Of a stretch of 64,000 bases of DNA, positions 59,860 to 64,000 are shown in pieces. The notes beneath the pieces were generated by a model. The model did not search any database. It saw only the letters and a list, made by a program, of their open reading frames with translations, and was not told the DNA's origin. Position 1 is the stretch's first letter. Each line of letters starts with the position of its first letter. The stretch is from positions 124,001 through 188,000 of the forward strand of contig CAZXWN010000002.1 of assembly GCA_964644695.1 (NCBI GenBank). The letters are read 5' to 3'. The DNA is from an uncultured bacterium. Lineage in GTDB: Bacteria > UBP4 > UBA4092. A program made the translations under genes and the position numbers.

Positions 59860-60468
59860 ATGCCACCGATTGTTGTTGCAATGACCGGCGCTAGTGGACA
59901 GTCATATGGAGTTCGTTTGGTACAGGCTTTACTCGATTTGAATCAAAATGTGGCTTTAACTGTATCTGATGCGGCTCGGCTGGTCATGAAAGAAGAATTG
60001 GGAATGGATATCCCACTGGTGGGTAATCCTGTGGAAGTTATTATTGGTAAATTTGCCTCTCGATATGTACATTACCTGGATGCTGATGATGTGGGTGCTG
60101 GAATCGCCAGCGGTTCTTTCCGAACTCAGGGTATGGTTATTTGTCCCTGCAGTACAGGTACTTTAGGTTCAATTGCCGCCGGAGTAAGCCGTAACCTGGT
60201 TGAACGGGCGGCAGAAGTTACCCTCAAAGAACGACGAAAATTAGTCATGGTAGTTCGTGAAACCCCTCTTTCTACAATTCAATTAGAAAATATGCATCGT
60301 TTATCTATGGCTGGAGCTGTCATTATGCCAGCCTCCCCTGGTTTTTACCACAATCCCGAATCGGTTGATGACATGGTTGATTTTATGATTGCCCGAATCC
60401 TGGATCAACTGGGAATCCATCATTCGATTGGAAAACGCTGGAAAGAATCAAAAACGTTTCAAAGCTGA
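59860..60468 (+). CDS. ubiX: Flavin prenyltransferase UbiX
   Basis: TGASG, IASGS, LKERRKL, RETP, PASPGFY. Confidence 0.95.
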   Translation: MPPIVVAMTGASGQSYGVRLVQALLDLNQNVALTVSDAARLVMKEELGMDIPLVGNPVEVIIGKFASRYVHYLDADDVGAGIASGSFRTQGMVICPCSTGTLGSIAAGVSRNLVERAAEVTLKERRKLVMVVRETPLSTIQLENMHRLSMAGAVIMPASPGFYHNPESVDDMVDFMIARILDQLGIHHSIGKRWKESKTFQS

Positions 60469-60553
60469 AACATCCATAAACCTCTGCTAATCCCATCTGA
60501 ATCTTTTATAATAAATAATAGGGTAATAAGATTATTCGAGGCGAGGTAATCAT

Positions 60554-61456
60554 ATGTCTGATAAAATTCGAGTTGCAATCATTGGATATGGAAATATTGG
60601 TCAATGTGTTTTTGAGGCATTATTAAAATCACCCGATATGGAGATTGCTGGAGTAGTGCGGCGTTCCATTTCCGGTGGTAATCCTCCAGAACTTAGCTCT
60701 GTCCCAGTTACTGATGATATTAAGACACTAGGTAAGGTGGATGTTGCTATCTTATGTGGACCATCCCGTAGTATTCCTGATACGGCAGAGCATTATTTGA
60801 GTCTGGGAATTAATACGGTGGATAGTTTTGATATTCACGGTTCAATATGGGACCTTAAACAGCGGTTGGATGCCGTTGCCCGAAAGCATAAGTCTGTTTC
60901 AATCGTGTCGGCGGGCTGGGATCCGGGTACGGATTCCGTTGTCCGAGCCATGATGGAAGGTATTGTTCCCCAGGGTATCACCTATACGAACTTTGGGCCG
61001 GGTATGAGTATGGGGCATACTGTTGCTGTAAAGGCGATATCTGGAGTGAAAGCTGCTTTATCAATGACTATTCCAGTTGGTACTGGTATTCATCGCCGAA
61101 TGGTTTATGTTGAGATTGAGCCGGGTGCCAGATTTGATGATGTTTCTTCTGCTATAAAAAAAGACCCCTATTTCGTACATGATGAAACCCATGTGATTCA
61201 GGTGGATGATGTGTCCAAGTTCTTGGATATGGGGCATGGTGTATCGATGACACGAAAAGGTGTTTCTGGTGATGCACACAACCAGCAAATTGAATTTAAG
61301 ATGGCAATAAATAATCCAGCCTTAACGGGACAGGTTCTGGTATGTTCCGCCCGTGCATCGGTTAAACAGCAACCCGGATGTTATACTTTGATAGAAATTC
61401 CGGTCATTGATATGTTGTATGGTGATCGTGAAGAGTTGATTCGTAGATTAGTATAA
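60554..61456 (+). CDS. ddh: meso-Diaminopimelate dehydrogenase
   Basis: GYGNIG, NTVDSFDIH, GWDPG, TNFGPGMSMGH, NNPALT. Confidence 0.93.
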   Translation: MSDKIRVAIIGYGNIGQCVFEALLKSPDMEIAGVVRRSISGGNPPELSSVPVTDDIKTLGKVDVAILCGPSRSIPDTAEHYLSLGINTVDSFDIHGSIWDLKQRLDAVARKHKSVSIVSAGWDPGTDSVVRAMMEGIVPQGITYTNFGPGMSMGHTVAVKAISGVKAALSMTIPVGTGIHRRMVYVEIEPGARFDDVSSAIKKDPYFVHDETHVIQVDDVSKFLDMGHGVSMTRKGVSGDAHNQQIEFKMAINNPALTGQVLVCSARASVKQQPGCYTLIEIPVIDMLYGDREELIRRLV

Positions 61457-61475
61457 GTACTATTGGATTTGATGA

Positions 61476-62573
61476 ATGAATGATTTTATGAAGGACAGTG
61501 AGCTTTCCAGCGTTGCTGAGAAAGTCAACTCAGGGCAACGTTTGTCTAAAGCGGATGCTCTACTTTGCATGCAAACACGGGACTTAACCGGATTGGGATA
61601 TTTAGCCAATCAGGTCCGGATGCGGCAGGTAGGGGATGCCGCTTATTTTTATGTCAATTTAAATGTCAATCCCACCAATATCTGTGTGAATCACTGTCCA
61701 ATTTGTGCGTTCCGGCGTTCTCCTCAAGCCCCAGATGCTTATACCCTGGATGTGGAAACTTTCAGAAATAAGATTCAGAGTATTCTTCCCTATGGAATCA
61801 ATGAGGTTCATATCGTTGGAGGTCTTCATCCTGAAGCTACTTTGGCCTATTATGAGGATTTATGTCGAACGGTGAAGGAGTTAAATCCATCCATTTGTGT
61901 CCATGCTTATACAGCTGTTGAAATCGACCATATCTCGCATAAAGAAAATCTTCCAGTGGAAACTGTTCTGACCAGACTGAAAGCCGCTGGTTTAGATAAT
62001 ATGCCGGGTGGTGGGGCTGAACTGTTTGCGCCTCGAATTAGAGAGCTGATTGCCAAGGGAAAGATTGATGCCAAGACCTGGTTGTCCATCCATGAAAAAG
62101 CTCACAAATTGGGAATTAAAACAAATGCAACCATGTTGTATGGTCATGTTGAAACCCCTGAGGAGAGAGTGGACCATCTTCTTCAAATAAGGGATTTACA
62201 AGACCAGACGGGAGGCTTTTCCTGTTTCGTCCCATTAGCGTTTTATCCCCAGAATACCTATATAAAAAATCCAAAGTTGTCCGGAGGAATGGACGATTTA
62301 CGGGTTATTGCGACAGCTCGATTGGTTCTGGACAATGTTCCTCATATTAAAGCCATCTGGACTTACCTGGGTTGGAAACTGGCCCAAACGGCTCTTTTCT
62401 TTGGAGCAGATGATTTACATGGGACTAATCTGAATGAAAAAATTGTCCATGATGCTGGATCCCGGGAAGCCGCTATGATGGACCGTGATGTATTAGTTCA
62501 AATGATTCGTGATGCCGGTCGGAGACCCGTATTGACGAATAGTGGATATTCACCGGCAGTGGAAGTGAATTGA
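61476..62573 (+). CDS. mqnE: Aminofutalosine synthase (CofH/MqnC-like radical SAM)
   Basis: CVNHCPIC, EVHIVGGLHP, AYTAVEI, PGGGAE, NATMLYGH, HIKA. Confidence 0.88.
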   Translation: MNDFMKDSELSSVAEKVNSGQRLSKADALLCMQTRDLTGLGYLANQVRMRQVGDAAYFYVNLNVNPTNICVNHCPICAFRRSPQAPDAYTLDVETFRNKIQSILPYGINEVHIVGGLHPEATLAYYEDLCRTVKELNPSICVHAYTAVEIDHISHKENLPVETVLTRLKAAGLDNMPGGGAELFAPRIRELIAKGKIDAKTWLSIHEKAHKLGIKTNATMLYGHVETPEERVDHLLQIRDLQDQTGGFSCFVPLAFYPQNTYIKNPKLSGGMDDLRVIATARLVLDNVPHIKAIWTYLGWKLAQTALFFGADDLHGTNLNEKIVHDAGSREAAMMDRDVLVQMIRDAGRRPVLTNSGYSPAVEVN

Positions 62574-62574
62574 A

Positions 62575-63390
62575 ATGAGGATTGGCCGGTTAATATATCT
62601 GAACAGTGCGCCTTTCTATTATGGTTTGGACAGGGGATTGGTGAAAGCTCCCGAGATGCAAATTATTCCTGGAGTGCCTGCGGAATTAAACCAGATGATG
62701 GCGCAGGGTGATTTAGACATTTCTGTTATCTCTGCTATTGTCTATGCTCGTTATCATCATGAGCTGGTGTTATTACCTGATCTATGTGTGAGTGCAAATG
62801 GTCCGGTGATGAGTGTTTTGTTGATTTCGAAAGTGGATCCGAGTCAATTGGATGGGAAAAAAGTTGCATTAACGACATCCAGTGCTACGGCCCAGGCTTT
62901 GGTGAAAGTCCTACTGCATGAAATGTATAAAGTGAGTGTGGAGTATATCACTTTACCCCCGAATCGGGAAGCGATGTTGGAAGCGGCGGATGCCTGTCTG
63001 ATTATTGGTGATGACGCTCTTTTACTGGAGCCGGATCCAACCTTGAAAGTATACGATTTGGGACAGTTATGGAAAGCTTTTACTGGGCTTCCAATGGTTT
63101 TTGCCGTTGTTGCTGCTCGCCGGGCATTTGCCTCCCGATATCCTGATAAATTAGCCAACCTGTCTATTGCCATGCATCAATCTGTGCATCTGGCTCTCAA
63201 TTCAGTGGATGACTTTTCCAATGAGGATCGATTTCGAAGGGTATCCCAACGGATTTCATTAAGTAATTATTTCCGTCACCTCAGTTTTTCTTTCGATGAA
63301 CAGAGGCAAAAGGGTTTACTAAGTTATTATGAGAAGGCCGCTCGATTAAGTTTGTGTCCGGAGTGTCGGAGTCTGGAGTTTTGCGGATGA
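62575..63390 (+). CDS. mqnA: Chorismate dehydratase
   Basis: YLNSAP, PAELN, GPVMSV, IGDDAL, DLGQLW-x3-TGLPMVFA. Confidence 0.92.
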   Translation: MRIGRLIYLNSAPFYYGLDRGLVKAPEMQIIPGVPAELNQMMAQGDLDISVISAIVYARYHHELVLLPDLCVSANGPVMSVLLISKVDPSQLDGKKVALTTSSATAQALVKVLLHEMYKVSVEYITLPPNREAMLEAADACLIIGDDALLLEPDPTLKVYDLGQLWKAFTGLPMVFAVVAARRAFASRYPDKLANLSIAMHQSVHLALNSVDDFSNEDRFRRVSQRISLSNYFRHLSFSFDEQRQKGLLSYYEKAARLSLCPECRSLEFCG

Positions 63391-64000
63391 ATGTGGATAC
63401 CAGGTCATGGGAGACGGCTCTTCAAAAAGCATGGGATGGAGAACGGCTGAGTATTGATGAGGGGCTGGCGCTTTATGATGCGGATTTGCTTTTATTAGGC
63501 AAGACGGCTGACAGGCGACGAAAACAGGTATTCTCTGGCCGGGAAAATATCATCACCTTTGCGGTAAACCTCAATTTAAACTTCACGAATTTATGTTATA
63601 TCGGATGTGATTTCTGTGCCTTTTTCCGGAAGTCCACTGATGCTGATGTGTACTTGTTAAGTCAGGAAGAAATACTCAATAAAATTGAACAATTAGTCCA
63701 AATCGGAGGAACGGAAGTCCTTCTTCAAGGGGGGCTTCATCCGGAGTGTGACCTGGATTACTTTGTTGAATTATTTAAAACTATCCATGAACGATTCCCT
63801 CAGGTTTATATCCATTCATTGTCTTGTACTGAAATTGTAGAACTGGCTCGCCGCCATCAAATCTCTGTCAAAGAAGTGTTGGAAACTCTGAAATCTGCCG
63901 GATTAAAATCCATTCCGGGTGCCGCAGAAATTTTAGTAGATCGGGTCCGGGGAATAATCTCTCCCCGAAAACCTGATACGGCCCAGTGGATGGACTGCAT
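63387..64000 (+). CDS. mqnC: Cyclic dehypoxanthine futalosine synthase, 5' part (runs off window end)
   Basis: Not in ORF track. Manual translation from the ATGA overlap with mqnA: MNVDTRSW...NLNFTNLCYIGCDFCAFFR...LLQGGLHP. Confidence 0.88.
   Translation, partial: MNVDTRSWETALQKAWDGERLSIDEGLALYDADLLLLGKTADRRRKQVFSGRENIITFAVNLNLNFTNLCYIGCDFCAFFRKSTDADVYLLSQEEILNKIEQLVQIGGTEVLLQGGLHPECDLDYFVELFKTIHERFPQVYIHSLSCTEIVELARRHQISVKEVLETLKSAGLKSIPGAAEILVDRVRGIISPRKPDTAQWMDC

Overview
Bacterial chromosomal window, probably from an uncultured anaerobe or MAG; there is one 100-N scaffold gap. The pilin-like LTTPIAY and YDPTNGTxSxGD motifs and a VxDWxL C-terminus suggest, from recollection only, a Ca. 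Sumerlaeota/Hinthialibacterota-like lineage. Left to right: the 5' part of uvrA; a TM2-like membrane paralog array split by a GNAT-like gene pair; a MarR-TolC-MFP-RND efflux operon plus MFS; a GH20 hexosaminidase next to a PGRP-type amidase; iorAB-paaK; a multidomain S8 protease; nfo; maf. The futalosine menaquinone gene set (ubiD, ubiA, ubiX, mqnE, mqnA, mqnC) keeps its order but is interrupted by unrelated blocks. The largest block is an intact type II-C CRISPR-Cas locus (cas9 of about 1072 aa, cas1, cas2, at least 29 repeats, tracrRNA). Most notable unexplained signals: (1) the tracrRNA has its own repeat-mimic that can fold into a natural single-guide-like structure; (2) an unannotated intergenic element with helically phased CG units occurs in three places; (3) an unnamed tandem ~150-aa C-terminal domain is shared by two unrelated secreted proteins; (4) the array has near-duplicate and triplicated spacers. 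All calls are by eye from motifs; no database searches were run.
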